A stretch of DNA of 64,000 bases from a virus (Duplodnaviria; Caudoviricetes): the IMG/VR virus record IMGVR_UViG_3300037067_021792. One strand, given 5' to 3'. This document shows positions 20,093-28,568 of the stretch, piece by piece (position 1 is the first letter of the stretch; each line of letters begins with the position of its first letter). Position numbers and translations under genes: made by a program. A model generated the notes under the pieces. That model worked only from the letters and a program-made list of their open reading frames with translations. It was not told the DNA's origin and made no database searches.

Positions 20093-23000
20093 ATGTCTAA
20101 AGAACGAGATAGGGTAGTATCTATAGTAAAAGAAATAAATCCACCCGAGCTGATATCTCAGAAAGATAGATTAAATTCTGAATTATCCAGAATGGATGAT
20201 ATGGGGGTTCTGCCTAATCTGCTATCAATATACGACGATATTAAAAAGAATCCAAATCTAAAAGGAAACACAAACGTCCCTAATTCGCTTCTAGTATATT
20301 GTATGGGTATCACATCAAAACATCCGGATGGGGAATTTACTCTTGAAAAACGACGAGTTTATGGCAGAGATGGATGGCCAGATATTGATATGGATTTCTG
20401 TTATGAACGCAGGCATGAGGTTATAGAGTATTTAATTGAGAAATATGGTCGAGATAAAGTTGCAAATATAGGAACCGTGCAAACTCTAAAAACTAAATCT
20501 GCTTTGCGTCGTGTCATCCGGGCAGTAGATCCGGAAGGGTCTGTGGCCCAGGGTGATCCGAGTAGAAATTTTCAATTTCAAAATGAAATTCTTAATACTC
20601 TTCCCAAATCCAGTATCATGAAAAGAGCGGATGGAACAATCATAGAAGATCTACAGCAAGCATATGATGAGTTCTCAGAATTTCGAAGATATATGGACAA
20701 ATATCCACAAGTATTCGAAATGGCAAAAAATTTAGAAGGTGGCATTTCTGCATGGGGCGCACATGCAGCCGGAATTGTAATATCTCCAATACCCCTGTCT
20801 GAAATATGTCCGTTGCATGTCACAAAAGGAATGGCAGATGATGACACGGCAGAAAAGACCGAATACCAGCCAGAAAAAATGGTTGCTACTCAGTTCTCAA
20901 TGAGCGATGTGGAATCTGTCGGACTTATTAAAATGGATATCCTCGGTTTATCTACCAAGACTGCTATTAATTTAGCTGTAGAGTTAATCAAACAAAACCA
21001 CAGCATCGATGTAGATGTCGCTAATATTCCATTGGATGACAAATTGACTATCAATTTGCTGAAATCAGGACACACCGATGGATGCTTCCAATTAGAAGAA
21101 GTTGGCATGAAGCAAACTATCCAACAAATTGACATAGACTCTTTCGGCGATTTAATGATAGCAATAGCAATGTATAGACCGGGGCCCAAAGACTATATAC
21201 CAGAGATTGCCAGTCGTAAAAAGGGGCAGAAAAAGATTGATTATCCCCATCCTCTTATGGAAAAAATAACCAAAGAAACCTACGGTATTATGTCTTATCA
21301 AGAGGAGGTTATGCAAGTTTTTATGTCACTTGCTGATCTACCACCATCAGAGGGATACACTTTCATGAAAGGTTGTGCTAAGAAGAAAAAGAAATTAATT
21401 CAAGATGCTAAGGATAAATTTATTAAAGGAGCTGTTGCCCGTGGTGTGCCTAAACAGACAGTTCAAAAAATATGGGGGGACATGGAAAAATTCGGTGGAT
21501 ATGCCTTCAACAAGTCACTGTCCCACAACGAGAAAATCATAACCTCCGAAAAGGACCTCTCTATCCAAGAATTGTATAATAGAAAGACCAGAGGAGAAAA
21601 ACTGCCGAATGTATATAGTCCAGACGGAAAATCAATTAGAATTGCAGATGTATACGATCATGGTGTAATTCCTGTTTGGGAGGTTATATTTAGTGACGGA
21701 AGTATTCATAAATGCTCGATGAATCACAGATTTTTAACCACTAGCGGCGTTCTGCCTCTGCATGATATTTTAAAACATAAAGTATCAGTTATACAGAATG
21801 CGGAGATATTACATGCCCAAAAGGAAAGATTGGATTTGTTCAGGATGCCAGGCTCTTTTGACGAACCGCCGGCTTTTCGATGTCCACAAACGGGAATGCA
21901 AGAAGTACCATCTAAGCAAAAAACACTTCGAATGCCAGGGTTGCTATCAGAAGTTTACAAAAAGGGGACTGTGGAAGCACAAGAGAGAATGTGCTCTGTG
22001 GAAATCTCTCAAATCAGACCACTACTCACAACCAAACTCAATAAATTCAAGAAAATTTTGGGATCAAATACACCAGGATCCTACACAAATGGAGGCATAC
22101 AAAAACAAGGTGTCGATATCGGTATCGTTGTCGATTCTTGCAAATCAAACAGAGAGACAGCGCAGGTCAATATTGATGTCCAAATTAAACCAGAATTATT
22201 ACGATCTATTTCAAAAAAATCGATCCGACACAGCAGCAAAAACATCCGCAAGACCGGACATACAAAAGCAAAGAGCCATGCGATTGAAGAAATGGAGAGA
22301 AGAGAATCCCGAGAAGTTTATGAAAATAATCAGCAGTTGGCAATCAGCCCCGGAATGCATGCTCAAAACTATATTGTTGCCAATGGGATTCAAACATTCT
22401 CAAATAGTGAAAAGTCAAAAGTTTACATCCAAGTCAAAAAGAAGACAAATAGATTTTATGGATCAATCCCGCAAAATAGTAGTAGAATACGATGGACAGT
22501 ATCATTTCTCGAACAGAGATGCTCTCAGATTCAACCAAGAGAAACAAAAGGATTTGGAGGTAAATCAGGTTCTTTGCAGCAGAGGATATCTAGTGATACG
22601 AATGTCTTACGATGTATGGAGGTATTCCAAAAAAGAGTTCAAAAACGAAGCTTTAGGAATTCTTTTCAACCTGATTTGCAATTGCTCAGAAAGAAGTATA
22701 GTCAAAACAATTGGAAAGAAGTACAAATCATAGGTATAAAATACGTAGGGATGGAACAATGTTATGATTTGGAAGTGGACAGTCCAGAGCATCTTTATTG
22801 TTTGTCATCGGGTATTATTAATAGCAATTCTCATGCCTGCGCTTATGCATATGAAAGTTGGAAAACTGCGTATCTAAAGGCCCACTTTCCTGTTGAATTT
22901 GTTTCGGCCCGTATGACTGTTGAAGCTAAACGCAGAAAATTTGATTATGTAGAGAAGTGCGAAAGAGATGCCACTAGTCATTTTGGCATTAAAATACTCC

Positions 23001-23341
23001 CTATAGATTTGAATAAGTCCAAGATGTCATATACAATAACAGGGGACAAAGAGTTGCGTAGACCTTTGATTATTAAAGATATTGGTGATAAGGCTGCTGA
23101 AGAGATAATTAAACACCAACCTTATGATGTTCAGGACTTGTTTTATTCGTTTGCTTCTGTGGTTGGTCCCGCTGTTAACACCAGAGTTATTGAGGCATTA
23201 TGTGATGCCAAATTATTCGGTGACATAAAGAAAGCTAAAGCTTTGAAAGATTTCGATGATATCAAGAACGATAGAAAGAAATCAGTGGGCAGGCAAACTG
23301 GGGATATTTTTGGCTCTAACCGTGTATCCCGGAAAAAATAA
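20093..23341 (+). CDS. dnaE: DNA polymerase III alpha, catalytic part, intein-containing precursor
   Basis: PDIDMDF, HAAGIVI, GLIKMDILGL, GCFQLE, YRPGP, YQEEVMQ, YAFNK|SHA, YLKAHFP; GGAG SD before ATG 20093; no C-terminal OB domain. Confidence 0.92.
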   Translation: MSKERDRVVSIVKEINPPELISQKDRLNSELSRMDDMGVLPNLLSIYDDIKKNPNLKGNTNVPNSLLVYCMGITSKHPDGEFTLEKRRVYGRDGWPDIDMDFCYERRHEVIEYLIEKYGRDKVANIGTVQTLKTKSALRRVIRAVDPEGSVAQGDPSRNFQFQNEILNTLPKSSIMKRADGTIIEDLQQAYDEFSEFRRYMDKYPQVFEMAKNLEGGISAWGAHAAGIVISPIPLSEICPLHVTKGMADDDTAEKTEYQPEKMVATQFSMSDVESVGLIKMDILGLSTKTAINLAVELIKQNHSIDVDVANIPLDDKLTINLLKSGHTDGCFQLEEVGMKQTIQQIDIDSFGDLMIAIAMYRPGPKDYIPEIASRKKGQKKIDYPHPLMEKITKETYGIMSYQEEVMQVFMSLADLPPSEGYTFMKGCAKKKKKLIQDAKDKFIKGAVARGVPKQTVQKIWGDMEKFGGYAFNKSLSHNEKIITSEKDLSIQELYNRKTRGEKLPNVYSPDGKSIRIADVYDHGVIPVWEVIFSDGSIHKCSMNHRFLTTSGVLPLHDILKHKVSVIQNAEILHAQKERLDLFRMPGSFDEPPAFRCPQTGMQEVPSKQKTLRMPGLLSEVYKKGTVEAQERMCSVEISQIRPLLTTKLNKFKKILGSNTPGSYTNGGIQKQGVDIGIVVDSCKSNRETAQVNIDVQIKPELLRSISKKSIRHSSKNIRKTGHTKAKSHAIEEMERRESREVYENNQQLAISPGMHAQNYIVANGIQTFSNSEKSKVYIQVKKKTNRFYGSIPQNSSRIRWTVSFLEQRCSQIQPRETKGFGGKSGSLQQRISSDTNVLRCMEVFQKRVQKRSFRNSFQPDLQLLRKKYSQNNWKEVQIIGIKYVGMEQCYDLEVDSPEHLYCLSSGIINSNSHACAYAYESWKTAYLKAHFPVEFVSARMTVEAKRRKFDYVEKCERDATSHFGIKILPIDLNKSKMSYTITGDKELRRPLIIKDIGDKAAEEIIKHQPYDVQDLFYSFASVVGPAVNTRVIEALCDAKLFGDIKKAKALKDFDDIKNDRKKSVGRQTGDIFGSNRVSRKK
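21515..22828 (+). mobile_element. intein (438 aa) in DnaE at FNK|SH, no in-frame endonuclease
   Basis: Starts SLSHNE, block B CSMNHRF, block F CYDLEV..HLY, ends SGIINSN then Ser; excision restores GYAFNKSHA. Confidence 0.92.
21813..22733 (+). CDS. Zn-finger + Vsr/DUF559-like endonuclease overprinted in the +1 frame within the DnaE intein
   Basis: GGAG 21802-21805, 7 nt before ATG 21813; two CxxC-x12-H-x3-C repeats; SAPE, IDF, IVVEYDGQYH, KD, GYLVIR nuclease motifs. Confidence 0.85.
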   Translation: MPKRKDWICSGCQALLTNRRLFDVHKRECKKYHLSKKHFECQGCYQKFTKRGLWKHKRECALWKSLKSDHYSQPNSINSRKFWDQIHQDPTQMEAYKNKVSISVSLSILANQTERQRRSILMSKLNQNYYDLFQKNRSDTAAKTSARPDIQKQRAMRLKKWREENPEKFMKIISSWQSAPECMLKTILLPMGFKHSQIVKSQKFTSKSKRRQIDFMDQSRKIVVEYDGQYHFSNRDALRFNQEKQKDLEVNQVLCSRGYLVIRMSYDVWRYSKKEFKNEALGILFNLICNCSERSIVKTIGKKYKS

Positions 23342-23383
23342 TTTCAAAAATTTTCAGATTTTTCGCCAAATCGTAAAATTCTG

Positions 23384-23398
23384 TTGTATAATAGAAAG
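23384..23398 (+). promoter_or_regulatory. putative promoter -10 element (TTGTATAAT)
   Basis: Intergenic, upstream of AGGAG and GTG 23423; same motif at 29663 and 47695. Confidence 0.55.
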
Positions 23399-23422
23399 TA
23401 TTAAGTAAATAGGAGATATTCC

Positions 23423-23785
23423 GTGGGTAATGAAGGATTGCAGACTGAAAAAGATACTGACGTAGATCACACCTCTCAAGTAATCGAAACAACAAAAAAA
23501 CGACAAGGTAGAATCAGGATGGGTATTCAGCGCACCCTGCCTACTGCTCGTTTTGAAAGCGTTGTTATCCATTATGAAATTGATGAAGAAATTGCTTGGG
23601 ATAAGACAGAAGAACGATACAGTAAAGTAATGAATTGGGAGGCAGTTTTGGCCAAAGAATTCAAAGTGATTCATGATAAGGTATTGGAAGAACTGGAATT
23701 GACACACAAGAGAGCCTACTTCAAAGACAACAGACCAGAACCTTATCCAGAGAATAGACTTGACGATCTTGATTCACTAGACTAG
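23423..23785 (+). CDS. hypothetical protein
   Basis: AGGAG SD, GTG start. Confidence 0.75.
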   Translation: MGNEGLQTEKDTDVDHTSQVIETTKKRQGRIRMGIQRTLPTARFESVVIHYEIDEEIAWDKTEERYSKVMNWEAVLAKEFKVIHDKVLEELELTHKRAYFKDNRPEPYPENRLDDLDSLD

Positions 23786-23793
23786 GATATAAC

Positions 23794-24990
23794 ATGGACA
23801 AAGACCAAATGGCGTTGTTGTTTGATATCGATATTAGTGATTCACCAAATGAAAAAAAGGATGAATCATCGGATTATTCAACAACCGCAGAAGACAAGGC
23901 CGTGCAAGAATTCGGCGAAAAAATTAAAGATATGAGAGTATTTATGGAACCAGAAACAGATAATGATATAATCAATAAAGCAATTGAACAAGCTGATAAT
24001 CCTGCCGCTAAAAAACCAAAGCGTCAGGTAGAGGAGATTGAAAGCGACGGAAATATTGTAACTGAAGACTTTACAGATGAAATACGTAAAGACATGAAAG
24101 AGTTTGAAGTTAGTGATGACAGCAGTTTTCAAGATGCATCTCCGGAAATACTAGATGGACCCGGTAGCGATGAAGATATCCCTGATCCCGAAGTTATTAT
24201 TCCGGATGATTCAAACGATCTAGATGAAGATATTCCAGATTCAAATTCAGGTGAGAGTGATTCAAATCCGCTAGGACTTTTTCCTTCAGAACTGAAAGAA
24301 TATGATAGAATTAAGAAAGACTATCCAATGTTTCCTCTTTATGATGGGTCCGTGACTTTCAGAGAATTTTATCATTATAAATTTATTACATTGAAATCCT
24401 TACTCAATAGATTTAGACTTTTAGATTTGAAGTCTATTAAAGATGAAGTGTGTGAGATAAATCTAGATCACTACGTTGGCGATGACTACATTTCCCCTGA
24501 AATTCTACAGCGTAAAATAGACCAGACTTATCAAGCAAGAGTACGTTTGTCATCTCTTTTAATTTCGATATTTGAGCAGCAACCCGCATGGGTTAGATGG
24601 TGCGAGATGCTACGATCGAAGTTGTGGAAAGACCACGACTTAAAAGGGGCGCATCGTAGAGATGGATTAACTATTGAGCACATGGGAGATGTAGAGGATT
24701 ATGTATCGGTTATGCAGGGTGTTTTAGAGTCCGCAAAACATGCTGATACAATGTTAAAAGCTGCGTCTGAAAGTCTCAGCAGACAGCTAACTTGTTTGCA
24801 GATTAAACAGGCAACAGGATTCATAGATGAACCTGTTCATTCTAAGAAGAAAAATACCTCAAATAAATTGGACGGTTTTGATGATATAGAAACCGGAACA
24901 TCAATTAGCGCACCTAAAACAGACAGGAAGCCAGATACAATAGCATTTGGCAGCGATATTGAGGTCGATGATCTTTCACAACTAGGTTAA
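23794..24990 (+). CDS. hypothetical protein, acidic N-terminus and helical C-terminal region
   Basis: 398-aa ORF; lies upstream of SSB/RecA. Confidence 0.75.
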   Translation: MDKDQMALLFDIDISDSPNEKKDESSDYSTTAEDKAVQEFGEKIKDMRVFMEPETDNDIINKAIEQADNPAAKKPKRQVEEIESDGNIVTEDFTDEIRKDMKEFEVSDDSSFQDASPEILDGPGSDEDIPDPEVIIPDDSNDLDEDIPDSNSGESDSNPLGLFPSELKEYDRIKKDYPMFPLYDGSVTFREFYHYKFITLKSLLNRFRLLDLKSIKDEVCEINLDHYVGDDYISPEILQRKIDQTYQARVRLSSLLISIFEQQPAWVRWCEMLRSKLWKDHDLKGAHRRDGLTIEHMGDVEDYVSVMQGVLESAKHADTMLKAASESLSRQLTCLQIKQATGFIDEPVHSKKKNTSNKLDGFDDIETGTSISAPKTDRKPDTIAFGSDIEVDDLSQLG

Positions 24991-25003
24991 ATGGAGAAAA
25001 ATT

Positions 25004-25639
25004 ATGGCTACTGAAATTGATTGGAATTCCGTAGGAGGAAAAGAGTCCAAGTCCAAAGTCCGATTCATCAAATTCGCTAGTGGGAAACTGGTTGTATTTC
25101 GCCCGATTGGCAAAGGCGTAGAATTTGTTAAGTTCTTCGTTAAAACACCGTCAGGTTCCAGGTCAGTTTGCGTCAACCCTGCCGATGGAGAACAGGCCGC
25201 AGCTATGCTCACCGAACATACTGGGCAAGAATACACATCACAGCCACGGTATGCAACCAATGTAATTGACCGCGCCGATGGCGTTCTTAAAATTCTTGAA
25301 GGTGGGTCATCTATCTTTAAGCATTTCCGGAATTGGGTTGTGGCCAACAAAGTACATCTTGGACATCGAGCTGGTGGGGATTGGGCCATTACAGCCGATG
25401 GCGAAGGAAAGGCCCGAAGATATACAACTTCGCTCGTAAAACTTTCTCCTATTACCGAGAAAGAAGAAGCCGATTTTAAAGCTCTTAAAACGAATGGATG
25501 GGTTCTAGATGAGGTTTACAAGTCTGTTCCTTTGGAAGATTTAATTGAGACTGTATTTGGGGAGAAAAACACCAGTAATTCAACAAAAGATGCTGGTAAA
25601 ACTGTCGGCGGAATCGACGACGATCCGATTGACTTCTGA
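25004..25639 (+). CDS. putative gp32-like single-stranded DNA-binding protein
   Basis: RYATNVIDR, KILE.G.SIF, G.D..I...G.G..RRY, acidic tail DDDPIDF; adjacent to recA. Confidence 0.7.
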   Translation: MATEIDWNSVGGKESKSKVRFIKFASGKLVVFRPIGKGVEFVKFFVKTPSGSRSVCVNPADGEQAAAMLTEHTGQEYTSQPRYATNVIDRADGVLKILEGGSSIFKHFRNWVVANKVHLGHRAGGDWAITADGEGKARRYTTSLVKLSPITEKEEADFKALKTNGWVLDEVYKSVPLEDLIETVFGEKNTSNSTKDAGKTVGGIDDDPIDF

Positions 25640-25653
25640 TTCTGATTGCTGTG

Positions 25654-25687
25654 CAGAGATGCCAGTCTTAAATGGTTGGCATCTCTG
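25654..25687 (+). terminator. stem-loop between SSB and recA (terminator/attenuator or stabiliser)
   Basis: Perfect 11-bp inverted repeat CAGAGATGCCA/TGGCATCTCTG; only a weak U-tract. Confidence 0.55.
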
Positions 25688-25713
25688 TTACTATGAATAT
25701 TTAGGAGAAAGAT

Positions 25714-26955
25714 ATGTCTACCAGAAATCTGTCCAAAAAAGCTAGGGATGAAGTTCTCAAAAAGTTGGTACAAAAATTTGGAGAGGGATTCATTGAAACA
25801 GGAATACCCAACCGAAAACTAGAGGCCTGGCCAACCGGAAGCGATGATCTTGATGAGGTTCTCACTAAGGGTGCAATGGGGTTTGCCAAGGGTGCCATTG
25901 TTGAGCTTATTGGTGGTGAGGCTGCTGGAAAATCTTCTGTGGCTTTACGAACTGTGGGGTTGGCCCAAAAAGAAGGGAACCAATGTGTTTGGTTTGATGC
26001 TGAGGCATCATTTAGCAATGACCTTGCCATAATTAATGGTGTTAAACCGGAAGAATTATTAATGCCGAGCATGTCCACTGCTACCGAAAAAGCCGATGAT
26101 GGCGCATTTTTTAATTCATCGGAAGTGTTGAATATGATTTATATGGCAGTTGTGTCGAATGCTTTCGGAATTATTGTTCTTGATTCGGTTGCAGGATTAC
26201 TTCCAGATATGGCGATAAAGGATCCCGATCCCAATAAGCAAAAACCAGGCGAAGTAGCCAATAGCATGTCAAGGCATTTGGGTAAAATAGCCCAAGCCTG
26301 CAAAGCTACGTCTACAACTGTTATTTTTATTAATCAGCTCCGAGACAAAATCGGAGAATACAATAAGCATTCTATGGCGGCGAGATTTCACTCCCCTGGT
26401 GGACGTGCTCTCAAGTTCTTCGCACATCAAAGAGTGGGATTAATACAAAAGGGTGGTGACGCTGGTAAGATATGGGCACCAGATGAGGACGGGTCGTCAA
26501 TATTAATTGGACATTATGCTCGGGCATCTGTAATCAAGAACCGGATGGCTCCTCCAGTTCCTCCCGATGTGAATATTGAGATTCCGATTTATTATCGGCA
26601 CTATGATCCGGATAACGCAAAGAAGTGCTATGATGCAGCCAGATTGTTGAAAGTAATTACGATTCGTAATGGCATTTTAACATGGAAAGATGACAATCGC
26701 AATATAATTCTTCAGGTAGAGGGCGAAGGTTCTATGCTTAAACTAATTAGAGACAATGGTCTTGAACCTCGATTAGCATCAGTATGTGTCGTCGCCGCAG
26801 CAGAAGGTAAAAAGTCTAAAAATCCGGTTAAGATACCAAAATCAGTTCAAGATTTGGCTGGGACGTATGTGGATACTGGAGAAAAAATATCAATTAAAAG
26901 CGATGTTCCACAGCCAGACGAAACAGAGGTTTCCGAACACGACGACGATCTATGA
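25714..26955 (+). CDS. recA: RecA/UvsX recombinase
   Basis: TGS..LD, GGEAAGKS, FDAE, IVLDSVA, FINQLRDKIG, PGGRALKF, KNRMAPP. Confidence 0.93.
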   Translation: MSTRNLSKKARDEVLKKLVQKFGEGFIETGIPNRKLEAWPTGSDDLDEVLTKGAMGFAKGAIVELIGGEAAGKSSVALRTVGLAQKEGNQCVWFDAEASFSNDLAIINGVKPEELLMPSMSTATEKADDGAFFNSSEVLNMIYMAVVSNAFGIIVLDSVAGLLPDMAIKDPDPNKQKPGEVANSMSRHLGKIAQACKATSTTVIFINQLRDKIGEYNKHSMAARFHSPGGRALKFFAHQRVGLIQKGGDAGKIWAPDEDGSSILIGHYARASVIKNRMAPPVPPDVNIEIPIYYRHYDPDNAKKCYDAARLLKVITIRNGILTWKDDNRNIILQVEGEGSMLKLIRDNGLEPRLASVCVVAAAEGKKSKNPVKIPKSVQDLAGTYVDTGEKISIKSDVPQPDETEVSEHDDDL

Positions 26956-27650
26956 AACGGTTTAGCGAAGCTCACCGCGAAGAATTGCTATTGAAATCCC
27001 AAAACTGTCTACTGACAAAGGAAGGTGCCCCGGGGATGGAGTATCTTACGGAGCACCGTAAATTGGATTTGGAGACTATACAATCTTTTGGACTTGGATA
27101 TATCCCATCAAATGTAAAACATCAATTAGCCGGGCGGATCGTTATTCCACTATACGATCCAAGTGGAAATTTGATCGTTCTTGCGTCAAGGATGATAAAT
27201 GATGAACCATCTGATCTGCCAGTATATTGGCATGAAAGCTATGAAAAAAGTTATTATCTATATGGGTGTAATTTAGCTAAAAATTGGATGCGGAAATGGA
27301 ACGTAGCTGTGTTGTGCGAAGGGCAATTTGATGTTATGCAAATGCACAAGAACGGAATTAGAAATACGGTTGGCCTTTGTTCCAACAAATTTTCTGATAT
27401 ACAATTATCTGTAATACTCAGGTATTGTGATGAAATCGTCGTTTTGTTAGATTGTGATGAAAATGAAGCCGGACAATTGGCATCCGAAAAAATAATATCC
27501 CACCTAGTTCCGAGAGGATACAAGATTATATCTGCTGAGATAATCAAGGGATATGACCCAGATGACTTCCTTAAAGAATTTGGCGATCGTGATTTGAAAA
27601 AAATAATTAATAACAAAGTTAAAGAGTTAAGGTACAATGCCGAAAATTAG
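26952..27650 (+). CDS. dnaG: DNA primase catalytic/TOPRIM part (no Zn domain)
   Basis: FGLGY, RIVIP, LYG, CEGQFDV, LDCD..G, DPDD. Confidence 0.88.
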   Translation: MKRFSEAHREELLLKSQNCLLTKEGAPGMEYLTEHRKLDLETIQSFGLGYIPSNVKHQLAGRIVIPLYDPSGNLIVLASRMINDEPSDLPVYWHESYEKSYYLYGCNLAKNWMRKWNVAVLCEGQFDVMQMHKNGIRNTVGLCSNKFSDIQLSVILRYCDEIVVLLDCDENEAGQLASEKIISHLVPRGYKIISAEIIKGYDPDDFLKEFGDRDLKKIINNKVKELRYNAEN

Positions 27651-28554
27651 TTTATTGAAGGGTGTCGAAAAATACCTCACTGAGAAAGCAAAAAACAATC
27701 CTCGTGATAATTCTCATTTTCATCCGTCTTCCTGGGATGATTGTAAACGCAAAATTGCTTATCAGTTTTACGAAGCAAAAGGATATATTAGTGTCCAAGA
27801 TAATGCCATAAAAGTAAGTCCGCAATTGGAGCGTATTTTTGATAATGGGCATTTTGTTCATGCTCGTTGGCAACAGTATTTGTCTTGTGCTGCTCCGCAG
27901 GCTGTATATGGTAGGTGGTTATGCGCCAATCCTTTATGTGGTTTGGTATATGGCACTAATAGCAAATTGGGCATTCCTAGGCCCCAGAAATGTACTACAT
28001 GCGATAGTCCGGAATTTAAATATCAAGAGGTAGGATTTTTTGACGAAGAAACAATGTGGGGAGGGCACGTCGATGCCATTGTAGATGTTCGTAAGTGGAA
28101 TGAGGCCATAGTCGGGCGACTGAATCCGCAGAATTCAGACGAGATTGCAGACGAGATTGCAGACGAGATGATTGCAGTTAATGTTTTCCAATACCCAGAT
28201 GAAGATGATAGTATAGCAATTCTTGATTATAAATCGATGAATCCATTTGATTTTAAAAAGCTAGATAAGCCAAAAAGTGAACATATAACCCAAATACAAA
28301 TATACATGTATTTGTCTGGGCTGAAATACTCAAAATTCATATATGAAGATAAATCGAATCAGTCAGTAAAAGAGTTTCTTGTAGAGAGAGATGATAATCT
28401 TCTGCAAGTTAAAATAAACGAAGCCAAGGAGTTAAAATATGTCGTATTGAACATGAAATCATCTGGGAAAAGAGCACTTCCCGATAGAGGATACCGAGAA
28501 AAAAGCCATAAAAAATGCCTTCGATGCAAATATCGAGGACATTGCTGGAAATGA
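27637..28554 (+). CDS. Cas4-like PD-(D/E)XK exonuclease
   Basis: PSS..C.R, G..VH, GHVD, ILDYKS, QIQIY, C-terminal CxxC..C. Confidence 0.82.
   Translation: MPKISLLKGVEKYLTEKAKNNPRDNSHFHPSSWDDCKRKIAYQFYEAKGYISVQDNAIKVSPQLERIFDNGHFVHARWQQYLSCAAPQAVYGRWLCANPLCGLVYGTNSKLGIPRPQKCTTCDSPEFKYQEVGFFDEETMWGGHVDAIVDVRKWNEAIVGRLNPQNSDEIADEIADEMIAVNVFQYPDEDDSIAILDYKSMNPFDFKKLDKPKSEHITQIQIYMYLSGLKYSKFIYEDKSNQSVKEFLVERDDNLLQVKINEAKELKYVVLNMKSSGKRALPDRGYREKSHKKCLRCKYRGHCWK
28136..28169 (+). repeat. 12-bp tandem repeat (CAGACGAGATTG, about 2.8 copies), in frame
   Basis: Encodes DEIA-DEIA-DEM. Confidence 0.85.
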
Positions 28555-28568
28555 TATGGAGAATTTAT

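Noticed and set aside
19620-20370. Group I/II intron or split intein joining the dnaE halves
   Set aside because: No intron core or intein blocks recognised; the interval is fully occupied by plausible protein-coding sequence
27637-28554. CRISPR-Cas locus
   Set aside because: The Cas4-like gene is solo in a recombination operon; no repeat-spacer array or other cas genes seen
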